64,000 nt of DNA from Clostridia bacterium. GTDB taxonomy: Bacteria > Bacillota > Clostridia > Oscillospirales > CAG-272. The notes beneath the pieces were generated by a model, which ran no database searches, was not told the origin of the DNA, and saw only the letters and a list, made by a program, of their open reading frames with translations. Where the stretch lies: NCBI GenBank assembly GCA_017461745.1, contig JAFTXE010000109.1, forward strand, positions 30,822 through 94,821. Direction: 5' to 3'. The first letter of the stretch is position 1. Every line of letters starts with the position of its first letter. Made by a program: the position numbers and the translations under genes. Positions 56,699 to 64,000 of the stretch are shown piece by piece.

Positions 56699-57697
56699 TC
56701 AGATTTTCACAAAACCGAGTTTTTTCTGTACCTTTCCGAGTGTACGACGAGCGTAGTAGGATGCTTCCTCAGCGCCCTTTTTCATAAGAGCTTCAAGATA
56801 AGCTTTGTCGGAGAGCAGCTCATTGAACTTCTGCTGAACGGGAGCAAGCGCATCTGCGCAAGCCTCGCCAACTGCCATCTTAAAGTCGCCGTAGCCTTTT
56901 CCCTCGAACTCACGCTCTATCTCCTCCATGGTCTTACCCGTGAAGCAGGAGTAAATAGTCATGAGGTTGTTGATTCCGTCCTTACCCTCGGCAAAGCAAA
57001 CGCAAGTATCGGAATCGGTAACGGCTCTCTTGAACTTACGGATAATAGTATCCTTGTCGTCAAGAATATAAACAACCGCATTGGTGTTCTCGTCTGACTT
57101 GGACATTTTCTTTGTAGGCTCAGCGAGTGACATTATCTTCATGCCCGATTTGCTGATTATTGGCTCGGGAATTGTAAAAGTATTGGGATAATGCTGATTG
57201 AAGCGTTCAGCAATGTCTCGGCAAAGCTCAACGTGCTGCTTTTGGTCGATACCAACGGGAACGACGTCCGTCTGATAAAGCAGAATATCAGCCGCCATAA
57301 GTGTGGGATAGGTGAAAAGTCCCGCATTAATATTGTCGGCGTGCTTTGCGCTCTTGTCCTTGAACTGTGTCATTCTTGAAAGCTCACCAAAGCCCGTGAA
57401 GCAGTTTAGTATCCACGCAAGCTCGGCATGCTCGTGAACGTGAGACTGAACGTAAAGAGTGTTTTTCTCGGGGTCGAGACCGCAAGCAATATAAAGTGCC
57501 AATGTCTCGTAGGTGCGTCTGCGAAGATCCGCGGGAACTTGACGAACGGTTATAGCGTGTTCGTCAACGACGCAGTAAAAGGTTTTGTATTTTTCGGAGT
57601 AAAGAGAAAAATTCTTTATAGCTCCAAGGTAATTTCCAATAGTAAGGTTTCCGCTGGGCTGAACGCCTGAATAGGAAACGAGCTGTTCGTTAAGCAT
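56699..57697 (-). CDS. trpS: Tryptophan--tRNA ligase
   Basis: 332 aa with GVQPSGNLTIGNYLGA (HIGH-class region) and KMSKS. AGGAGA RBS. It starts 26 nt after the aminotransferase stop. Confidence 0.93.
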   Translation of the reverse strand: MLNEQLVSYSGVQPSGNLTIGNYLGAIKNFSLYSEKYKTFYCVVDEHAITVRQVPADLRRRTYETLALYIACGLDPEKNTLYVQSHVHEHAELAWILNCFTGFGELSRMTQFKDKSAKHADNINAGLFTYPTLMAADILLYQTDVVPVGIDQKQHVELCRDIAERFNQHYPNTFTIPEPIISKSGMKIMSLAEPTKKMSKSDENTNAVVYILDDKDTIIRKFKRAVTDSDTCVCFAEGKDGINNLMTIYSCFTGKTMEEIEREFEGKGYGDFKMAVGEACADALAPVQQKFNELLSDKAYLEALMKKGAEEASYYARRTLGKVQKKLGFVKI

Positions 57698-57723
57698 AAT
57701 ATGTATCTCCTGATTTTTGTCAT

Positions 57724-58914
57724 TTATTTTAATTCTTGAAAAACAGAACCTAAGCGCTTGACGCCCTCGATTATTTGCTCGTCTGACGGAGTGGAATAAT
57801 TCAAGCGGAAGCTACTTGATTTTTTTGATGTGTCGCAATTAAACGCAGAGCCGGGAACAACGGCAACCTTCTTTGCAATAAGCCGTTGAACAATAGGAGT
57901 GACGTCATCGCAATCCTTTACAGTACCCCATATAAACAGACCGCCTTCGGGACGGGTAAAGGTAACTATGTCACGGGGAACGTACCTTTCAATGCAGTCA
58001 AGCATCAAATCGCACTTGTGGCGGTAAATACTTCTGATGTCCTCAATGTGAGCGTCAATATCACATTCGGTCATATACCTGTGACAAAGCATCTGAAAGA
58101 ATATATTAGTGTGAACATCCTCGCCTTGTTTTCCTACAGCCATTTTGGAAATTATCTGTTCGTTTGCGATAACGAAACCGACTCTCATTCCCGCCGACAG
58201 AATTTTTGAGAAGGAAGAGCAGTATATAACTCGTCCTTCGGTGTCCATACTTTTCAGCGTGGGAACATCCTCTCCGCGAAAACGAAGCTCGCCGTATGGA
58301 TTATCCTCAAGAATGACGACGTTATATTTTTTGGCAAGTCTCAGAATTTCTCGACGCTTTTCTATAGACGTAGTAATTCCCGCAGGATTTTGGAAGGTGG
58401 GAATTACGTATAAAAGCTTTGTTCTTGGATTTTGCTTTAACGTTTCATCAAGCTCTCGGATATTTATTCCGTCTGCCTCAAGCTCAACTCCGACAACGTT
58501 TATTCCGTTTGAACGAAACGAGTTGAGAGAGCCGATAAAGCTTGGGTTTTCACAGATTATCGTGTCACCCTCGTTGCAGAAGACCTTGCAGGCAAGCTCA
58601 ATACCTTGTTGACCGCCCGAGACGATAAGTGTAGAGTCGCCAGCCGTTCCAATGTTGAATTTTGCCTTTTGCCTGACCGCCACAGCCTCTCGAAGTGGAC
58701 CGTATCCCTCGGTAATGCTGTATTGCAAAGCGGCGGTAGAGTTATTCGCAAAAATATCAGCTGATATTTTTGCCAATTCATCAACAGGGAATGACTCGGG
58801 CGCGGGATTTCCCGCAGCAAAAGAGATTATCTCAGGATCGGTGAGACTTTTGAATATCTCACGAATCGCCGAGGGCTTAAGCTCGGCAAGCTTTCTTGAA
58901 AAATTATATTCCAT
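57724..58914 (-). CDS. PLP-dependent aminotransferase (class I/II fold)
   Basis: 396 aa. The PLP-lysine region CSSFSKILSAGMRVGF, the NPxG motif QNPAGIT and the N-terminal FAAGNPAPESFP are present. Confidence 0.8.
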   Translation of the reverse strand: MEYNFSRKLAELKPSAIREIFKSLTDPEIISFAAGNPAPESFPVDELAKISADIFANNSTAALQYSITEGYGPLREAVAVRQKAKFNIGTAGDSTLIVSGGQQGIELACKVFCNEGDTIICENPSFIGSLNSFRSNGINVVGVELEADGINIRELDETLKQNPRTKLLYVIPTFQNPAGITTSIEKRREILRLAKKYNVVILEDNPYGELRFRGEDVPTLKSMDTEGRVIYCSSFSKILSAGMRVGFVIANEQIISKMAVGKQGEDVHTNIFFQMLCHRYMTECDIDAHIEDIRSIYRHKCDLMLDCIERYVPRDIVTFTRPEGGLFIWGTVKDCDDVTPIVQRLIAKKVAVVPGSAFNCDTSKKSSSFRLNYSTPSDEQIIEGVKRLGSVFQELK

Positions 58915-58954
58915 AAAAATACTCCGATTTTAAGAAAAAATCACCATATTATAT

Positions 58955-59012
58955 ATCATATCACAAAAATACAAAAAAGTCAATTGACTTTTGAAGGAAA
59001 ATGTGATATCAT
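58955..59012. promoter_or_regulatory. Mirror-symmetric divergent promoter pair
   Basis: On the + strand: TTGACT (58984-58989), 17-nt spacer, TGaTATCAT (59004-59012). On the minus strand: TTGACT (58983-58978), 17-nt spacer, TGaTATGAT (58963-58955). The two -35 boxes form the palindrome AGTCAATTGACT. Confidence 0.5.
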
Positions 59013-59052
59013 TTAATATATAAGCGTATTTTTATAAAAAGGAGATAAATAA

Positions 59053-59355
59053 ATGATTCGTCACGTCGTAATGTGGAAGTTTAAGGACAGCGCCGAATGT
59101 AAGGACAAGATTGAAAATATGGAAATAGTAAAGGATAGTCTTTACGCCTTAAAACCGATTATTTCGGAGATAAAGAAAATGGAGATAGGCATGGACGTAA
59201 CTCATAGCGACGCTTCGATGGACCTCATGCTCCTTACTGAATTTGATAGCATTGAGGATATGAAGACCTACGCCGTACACCCCGAGCATCTTAAGGTTGC
59301 GGAATATGTTCGCAAGGTGACGGAAACTCGCGTCGTGCTTGACTGTGAAATATAA
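59053..59355 (+). CDS. Dabb (stress-responsive alpha/beta barrel) family protein
   Basis: 100 aa with the typical Dabb pattern MIRHVVMWKF...Y..HPEH. Confidence 0.75.
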   Translation: MIRHVVMWKFKDSAECKDKIENMEIVKDSLYALKPIISEIKKMEIGMDVTHSDASMDLMLLTEFDSIEDMKTYAVHPEHLKVAEYVRKVTETRVVLDCEI

Positions 59356-59370
59356 GAAAGGAGCAGAAAA

Positions 59371-59994
59371 ATGATAAAAATTGAAAGAACTTCTGTTATG
59401 AATCTTGAGAACGCCATAAGAGGCGCCCGTAATCCCATGAACAGCTGGGAAAAGAGCGACAGCTACTATAATGAAGAAGGGGAGTTCATTCTCGGTGAGA
59501 TAGACCGTGATTTTGGAAGCCGACTTTGTCACTCTGGAGTAGATCATCGTAAATTTATTAGACAGATATTCGTATCGGTCGATATAACCGCTCCGTTGTA
59601 TTGGTGGAAGGAATTTGATACCTATAAGGTAGGAACTGTTGCAAACTCCTGCTCGACTATGCACAAAATACACGCAAAGCCTATCGAAAGAGAGGACTTC
59701 TCCTGCGACAGACTTGATGAAGGTGGTCTCAAGGCTCTTGATGCTCTTATCGAATATCTTGAAGCGGAAAGGAAGAAATTCTGTGCAAATAAGGAAGATA
59801 GACAAAGCTGGCATAATATAATTCAGCTTCTTCCTTCAAGCTATAATCAGATGAGAACTGTGACCATGAATTACGAAAATCTCATCAATATGTATTACGC
59901 GAGAAGAACGCATAAGCTTGCCGAATGGCATACGTATTGTGATTGGATAAAATCATTGCCGTATGCGTCCGAGCTTATACTCGTAAAGGATTGA
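59371..59994 (+). CDS. ThyX-fold (Thy1-like) protein lacking the RHR catalytic motif
   Basis: 207 aa with an AAGGAG RBS. By eye it is colinear with ThyX. [22 protein letters not shown] aligns to [56 protein letters not shown] aligns to [33 protein letters not shown]. Confidence 0.55.
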   Translation: [207 protein letters not shown]

Positions 59995-60091
59995 TATAAA
60001 TGTAAAAATGCACAAAAGAGCAAAAAATAATGTTGCTTTTGTGATGATAATGTAGAAATTTGCCAAGAGAAAATATTTTTTCGTTAAACTC

Positions 60092-60120
60092 TTGACGAAT
60101 GGATTTAAAAAATATATAAT
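60092..60120 (+). promoter_or_regulatory. Sigma-A promoter of serC-serA
   Basis: TTGACG (60092-60097), 17-nt spacer, TATAAT (60115-60120). Confidence 0.6.
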
Positions 60121-60186
60121 ATATAGTATATATCTAACGGTCAAATACGTTGGAGTATAAGTTTTTTATTACGGAGGTTCATAGAA

Positions 60187-61278
60187 ATGAACAGAGTTTA
60201 CAATTTTTCAGCGGGCCCTTCCATGCTTCCTTTAGAAGTACTTGAAAAAGCAGCATCGGAGCTGGTTTGCTACGGTGACAGCGGTATGTCGGTAATGGAG
60301 ATGTCCCACAGATCTCCGGATTATGAAGCTATTATAAACGACGCTGAAGCTATGCTTCGCAAGCTTATGAATATTCCCGACAACTATAAGGTGCTCTTCC
60401 TTCAGGGCGGTGCTTCCACGCAGTTTGCGGCAGTCCCCCTCAACCTTATTGGCAGAACGGGTAAGGCAGACTACGTTGTATCTGGTCAGTTCTCTGGTAA
60501 GGCATTCAAGGAAGCTCAGAAGATGGGCTACGACGTAAAGTGCATTGCCACCACCAAGGAAGATAACTTCGACCACATTCCTACCGTAACCAAGGATATG
60601 GTTCGCCCCGACGCTTCCTACGTTCACGTTTGCTTTAACAATACTATCTATGGAACTAAGTACAGCTACATACCCGACACGGGTGACGTTCCGTTGGTAG
60701 CAGATATGTCCTCTTGCATTATCTCCGAGCCTGTTGACGTATCCAAGTTTGGCGTTATCTATGCAGGCGCTCAGAAGAACATGGCTCCCGCAGGACTTAC
60801 TCTCGTTATTGTAAGAGAGGATCTTCTTGATTACGCAGATCCTAAGATGCCTACTATGCTTGAATGGAAGACCATGGCAGAGAACGGCTCTATGTATAAT
60901 ACTCCTCCTTGCTACACCATCTACATGGCAAAGCTCGTTTACGAATGGATACTTTCCATCGGCGGACTTGAAGAGATGCAGAAGAGAAATGTGGCTAAGG
61001 CAGCGGTTCTTTATAACTATCTTGATAGCCAGAGCTACTATATCGCTCCCGTAAAGGCGGATAGCCGTTCTATGATGAACGTTACTTTCGTTACCGGTGA
61101 CGCAGACCTTGATAAGAAGTTTGCATCTGAAGCTGCAAAGGCAGGTCTTAAGAACCTTAAGGGTCATCGCTCCGTTGGTGGTATGAGAGCTTCCATATAT
61201 AATGCGATGCCCAAGGAAGGCGTTGAGAAGCTCGTTGAGTTCATGAAGGCGTTTGCTGACGCTAATCCCAAAGCGTAA
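60187..61278 (+). CDS. serC: Phosphoserine aminotransferase
   Basis: 363 aa with YNFSAGPSMLP and the GAQKN PLP-lysine region. It is colinear with SerC. Confidence 0.93.
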   Translation: MNRVYNFSAGPSMLPLEVLEKAASELVCYGDSGMSVMEMSHRSPDYEAIINDAEAMLRKLMNIPDNYKVLFLQGGASTQFAAVPLNLIGRTGKADYVVSGQFSGKAFKEAQKMGYDVKCIATTKEDNFDHIPTVTKDMVRPDASYVHVCFNNTIYGTKYSYIPDTGDVPLVADMSSCIISEPVDVSKFGVIYAGAQKNMAPAGLTLVIVREDLLDYADPKMPTMLEWKTMAENGSMYNTPPCYTIYMAKLVYEWILSIGGLEEMQKRNVAKAAVLYNYLDSQSYYIAPVKADSRSMMNVTFVTGDADLDKKFASEAAKAGLKNLKGHRSVGGMRASIYNAMPKEGVEKLVEFMKAFADANPKA

Positions 61279-61303
61279 AAAATAGTTAAGAGGATTAAAT
61301 AAA

Positions 61304-62464
61304 ATGAAAAATATTCTTTGTCTCAATAAAATTGCTAAGATCGGCACGGATAAGCTCGATCCTGCTATGTATAACGTAGGCACTGAGGTTGCAAACCCCG
61401 ATGCTATTATGGTTCGTTCTGCGGCTATGCACGATATGACCTTTGATAAAAATATGCTTGCTATCGCAAGAGCCGGTGCGGGTGTAAACAATATTCCCGT
61501 TGACCGTTGCTCTGCTGAAGGTATTGTAGTATTCAACACTCCCGGTGCTAACGCAAACGGAGTTAAGGAGCTTGCTATATGCGCTCTTATGCTCGCTTCC
61601 CGTGACGTTGTTGGTGGTATCAAGTGGGCAGAGACCCTTGCGGGAACTGCTGATGTAGCTAAGGCTGTAGAAAAGGGCAAGTCTCAGTTCGCAGGCGTTG
61701 AAATAATGGGTAAGACACTCGGAGTTATCGGTCTTGGCGCTATCGGCGGTTTGGTTGCTAACGCGGCGGTACAGCTCGGAATGAAGGTAGTCGGATGTGA
61801 CCCCTTCCTTAGCGTTGACGCCGCTTGGAATATCGATAGCAGAGTAGAAAAGGTTGCAACCTTTGAGGATGTATTCAAAGTAGCAGATTACGTAACGCTC
61901 CACGTTCCCGCAACCAAAGATACAAAGGGAATGGTAAGCGAGAAGTCCTTGGCAGTAATGAAGGATGGTGTAAGAATTATCAACCTTGCTCGCGCTGACC
62001 TCGTTAACGCTTCTGATATCAAGGCTGCTCTTGAAAGCGGTAAGGTAGCGGCTTACGTTACCGACTTCCCAACGGAAGAGACCGTTGGTGTAAAGGGAAT
62101 TGTTGCTATTCCTCACCTTGGTGCGTCTACGGCTGAGTCCGAGGATAATTGTGCTGTTATGGCTGCAATTGAGCTTGACGAATTCCTCCGTTACGGTAAT
62201 ATCAAAAACAGCGTAAACTTCCCCAACGTATCTATGCCTATGAGCGCTGATAAGAGAATTTGCGTTCTTCACGCAAATATCCCCAATGTAGTTTCTCAGA
62301 TTACCACGGCTCTTGGCGAAACAGGTGCTAATATTGAAAACATGATGAATAAGTCCAAGGGTGATAACGCATATACGGTTATCGACGTAACGGGCGATGT
62401 TTCCGATGTAACCATTGCAAAGCTTGATGCAATCGAAGGTGTTGCAAGAGTAAGAGTTATCTAA
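61304..62464 (+). CDS. serA: D-3-phosphoglycerate dehydrogenase with a C-terminal ACT domain
   Basis: 386 aa with the NAD-binding motif GVIGLGAIGG, catalytic region IPHLGAST and a C-terminal ACT-like ~70 aa. Confidence 0.88.
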   Translation: MKNILCLNKIAKIGTDKLDPAMYNVGTEVANPDAIMVRSAAMHDMTFDKNMLAIARAGAGVNNIPVDRCSAEGIVVFNTPGANANGVKELAICALMLASRDVVGGIKWAETLAGTADVAKAVEKGKSQFAGVEIMGKTLGVIGLGAIGGLVANAAVQLGMKVVGCDPFLSVDAAWNIDSRVEKVATFEDVFKVADYVTLHVPATKDTKGMVSEKSLAVMKDGVRIINLARADLVNASDIKAALESGKVAAYVTDFPTEETVGVKGIVAIPHLGASTAESEDNCAVMAAIELDEFLRYGNIKNSVNFPNVSMPMSADKRICVLHANIPNVVSQITTALGETGANIENMMNKSKGDNAYTVIDVTGDVSDVTIAKLDAIEGVARVRVI

Positions 62465-62473
62465 AATATATAT

Positions 62474-62506
62474 GTGCTGTCGCATTTAGCGCAGAACAAA
62501 ACACAT
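62474..62506 (+). repeat. Repeat-family copy C (left inverted repeat of a nested palindromic intergenic element)
   Basis: gtgctgtcgcatttagcgcagaacaaaacacat. Its inverted partner lies at 62611-62643. Confidence 0.8.
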
Positions 62507-62546
62507 ATAGAAATGAAATTTAAGAGTTTAACTTGAAAATTTCCAT

Positions 62547-62595
62547 AAAAAATCCGCTTTCACTATCGTTTTTGATAGCAAAAGCGGATTTTTTT
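62547..62595. terminator. Bidirectional intrinsic terminator between serA and the convergent membrane-protein gene
   Basis: aaaaaatccgcttt / aaagcggatttttt forms the outer stem, with the inner stem ctatc/gatag. An A-run and a T-run flank it. Confidence 0.8.
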
Positions 62596-62610
62596 ATTCT
62601 TTATTTATTA

Positions 62611-62643
62611 GTGTGTTTTTGTTCTGCGTTAAATTGACAGCAC
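62611..62643 (-). repeat. Repeat-family copy D (right inverted repeat)
   Basis: The reverse complement gtgctgtcaatttaacgcagaacaaaaacacac matches copy C, with a few mismatches and one indel. Confidence 0.75.
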
Positions 62644-62648
62644 ATTTT

Positions 62649-63623
62649 TTAAAGTTCAGGTTCGGCGTCCTCGATGGTATTCTGTTCCGACTGATATGGG
62701 TCAATCATATATTTCTGAATTACAGGGAATGCGGCGTATGTTCCTATAAAGCCTATAACTGCCAATGCGTAAACGAAGGGAAGTACTATAGGAATTGAGA
62801 TGCCGTAGGGAATAAGCAAAACGATAAGCATAATATGTATTGCTATGAGTAAAACTATACCCAATATACCCATAATATTTCTCTTAATACCCAATATTGC
62901 GAATATGAGAGCATTTTTGAGTATTTTGAAATTCTTAAGGTCAAAAGTCACAAGAAGATTATATATATAGAATTTCATTGCAACCCAAATAAGCACTAAC
63001 GCAAATATCGAGAAATACATAAAGTCAAATCCAAAAGATCCTGTGAGATTATAAAAATACATAAAATCAACAATAAGAACTATACAACAGATGAAGTCGA
63101 TAAGACCGAGGAAAAATGCTTGCTTAAAGTTCCTTTTGATTGCGTATATATAATCAGAAAATACAAAAACGGCATCGCCTCTGAATAAGCCTCTGAGAAC
63201 GTATGTTGCACCAACATTTTGCCAGCCCCAAGTTACTGCTAAGAGCACTACCATAGAAATTATCAGCAGCAACGTAGGAAAGCTAAATACGGGAACTTCC
63301 ATTTGAATAGCGGATAAATCAAGTATGTTTGCAATATCGGGAGATGCGGTTACGGTGTTAATGCCGTACATAGGCGCATACAGCAGATTTGTAACAGTAG
63401 GAGATTTATCTCCAAGAAAGTAAACAAATACAACTACAAGTATCGGTATGACCATAAACAACATTAGCAAATTCAATTGAAGAAGCTGAGTGAATTTTCT
63501 AAATAAAAGCTTAAAGAAAAATCCTAAAGTTGGTTTTCGTGTTTCTTGCTCGTATACTCCTTTACCGTCTCTATTCATGTCAAAAAGCTTGAATTTCTTT
63601 TTAGTTTGTTCTGTGTTTTTCAA
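62649..63623 (-). CDS. YesL/DUF624-like polytopic membrane protein
   Basis: 324 aa with about 7 TM segments. The N-terminal cytoplasmic segment followed by FTQLLQLNLLMLFMVIPILVV resembles DUF624 as I recall it. The coding sequence is AT-rich. Confidence 0.45.
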   Translation of the reverse strand: MKNTEQTKKKFKLFDMNRDGKGVYEQETRKPTLGFFFKLLFRKFTQLLQLNLLMLFMVIPILVVVFVYFLGDKSPTVTNLLYAPMYGINTVTASPDIANILDLSAIQMEVPVFSFPTLLLIISMVVLLAVTWGWQNVGATYVLRGLFRGDAVFVFSDYIYAIKRNFKQAFFLGLIDFICCIVLIVDFMYFYNLTGSFGFDFMYFSIFALVLIWVAMKFYIYNLLVTFDLKNFKILKNALIFAILGIKRNIMGILGIVLLIAIHIMLIVLLIPYGISIPIVLPFVYALAVIGFIGTYAAFPVIQKYMIDPYQSEQNTIEDAEPEL

Positions 63624-63651
63624 TTTTTAACTTCCTTTTCGTATTTTAGTT

Positions 63652-64000
63652 TTAACTGTCTATAATCAGAAAATAAATTCCGTTAAGCATAAATATAAGG
63701 CCTATAAAAGTAAGCGTTAATAAAATGGATAATAATGTTGTTTTTTTATTTAATATTATTCTCCCCGCCTGTGTAAATTTCTTTATTTCCATAGAATAAA
63801 ACGCCATTCCACAGCTGTATGCCGTCAAGGCTATAAGCAAAACGAAACGTATCAGCCAATATGAAAGGGAATTGATTATGCCTATTTCCTCAAAGCCCAT
63901 AAGCTTTATCAATGATGCGTTTATTCCGAATTTTATTCCAACAAAAACGAGAACGAAATCTGATATTACGTAGTTTATAAATGAGAATGAAAATATAAAT
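63652..64000 (-). CDS. Membrane protein, 5'-truncated by the window edge
   Basis: I translated the minus frame past the ORF-track start (TTG at 63912). It stays open to nt 64000 (...FIFSFSFINYVISDFVLVFVGIKFGINAS-LIKLMGFEEIG...). The gene therefore very likely begins outside the window. The protein is hydrophobic throughout. Confidence 0.5.
   Translation of the reverse strand, partial: FIFSFSFINYVISDFVLVFVGIKFGINASLIKLMGFEEIGIINSLSYWLIRFVLLIALTAYSCGMAFYSMEIKKFTQAGRIILNKKTTLLSILLTLTFIGLIFMLNGIYFLIIDS

Noticed and set aside
59149-59814. A 221-aa minus-strand ORF spanning the Dabb and ThyX-like genes.
   Set aside because: It crosses the intergenic gap of two + strand genes, each of which has a strong RBS and recognisable family features. 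Its translation has no motifs and no RBS.
1-64000. A search for tRNA, rRNA, riboswitch/T-box leaders, CRISPR arrays, transposases, integrases and prophage genes.
   Set aside because: None of the intergenic regions longer than 100 bp shows a cloverleaf-type or GC-rich conserved RNA structure. They contain only promoters and terminators. No ORF shows DDE transposase, tyrosine/serine recombinase or phage structural motifs. This is by-eye inspection only; Infernal/tRNAscan would be needed for certainty.

Overview
This 64-kb window looks like chromosomal DNA from a moderate/low-GC, spore-forming Firmicute. The taxon is an inference from PolC plus DnaE, sigG, yaaT and a BofC-like gene, which together suggest a Clostridia-type organism. 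Most of the window is housekeeping. It holds a Na+-translocating oxaloacetate decarboxylase gene set and a holB-yaaT-(membrane protein)-glpP operon. The conserved pyrH-frr-uppS-cdsA-dxr-rseP-ispG-polC block follows, then dnaE, a class A PBP and sigG. After these come a NitT/TauT-type ABC importer with a Crp/Fnr regulator, a nucleotidyltransferase-galE-galM cluster, a DD-carboxypeptidase, pgi, topB and deoC. The window ends with a DUF1846 gene, a split transketolase, an aminotransferase-trpS operon and serC-serA. I saw no rRNA, tRNA, CRISPR array, transposase or integrase. Seven regions stand out. (1) 7.7-13.1 kb is a self-contained three-gene operon (TerB-N/TerB-C protein, DUF2791/BrxD-like P-loop NTPase, Lhr-like DExH helicase). 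This is the domain triad of the Shango anti-phage system, whose mechanism is still unknown. (2) 52.9-54.8 kb is an AT-rich islet with a classic MerR-type promoter (19-bp spacer plus dyad). It drives a MerR regulator and two small membrane proteins, followed by orphan consensus promoters. (3) 51987-52820 encodes a 277-aa protein with 26 cysteines, including eight in a row. (4) 59371-59994 encodes a ThyX-fold protein whose RHR motif is replaced by DTY. (5) A roughly 30-nt hairpin-forming repeat occurs at four intergenic sites. (6) An intrinsic terminator immediately upstream of sigG sequesters the sigG Shine-Dalgarno sequence in its 3' arm. (7) A standalone ABC-type ATPase homologue has every catalytic motif substituted. 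Several start codons in the ORF track were moved downstream on RBS, promoter or terminator evidence. Many long antisense ORFs are codon-aligned shadow ORFs and were rejected.
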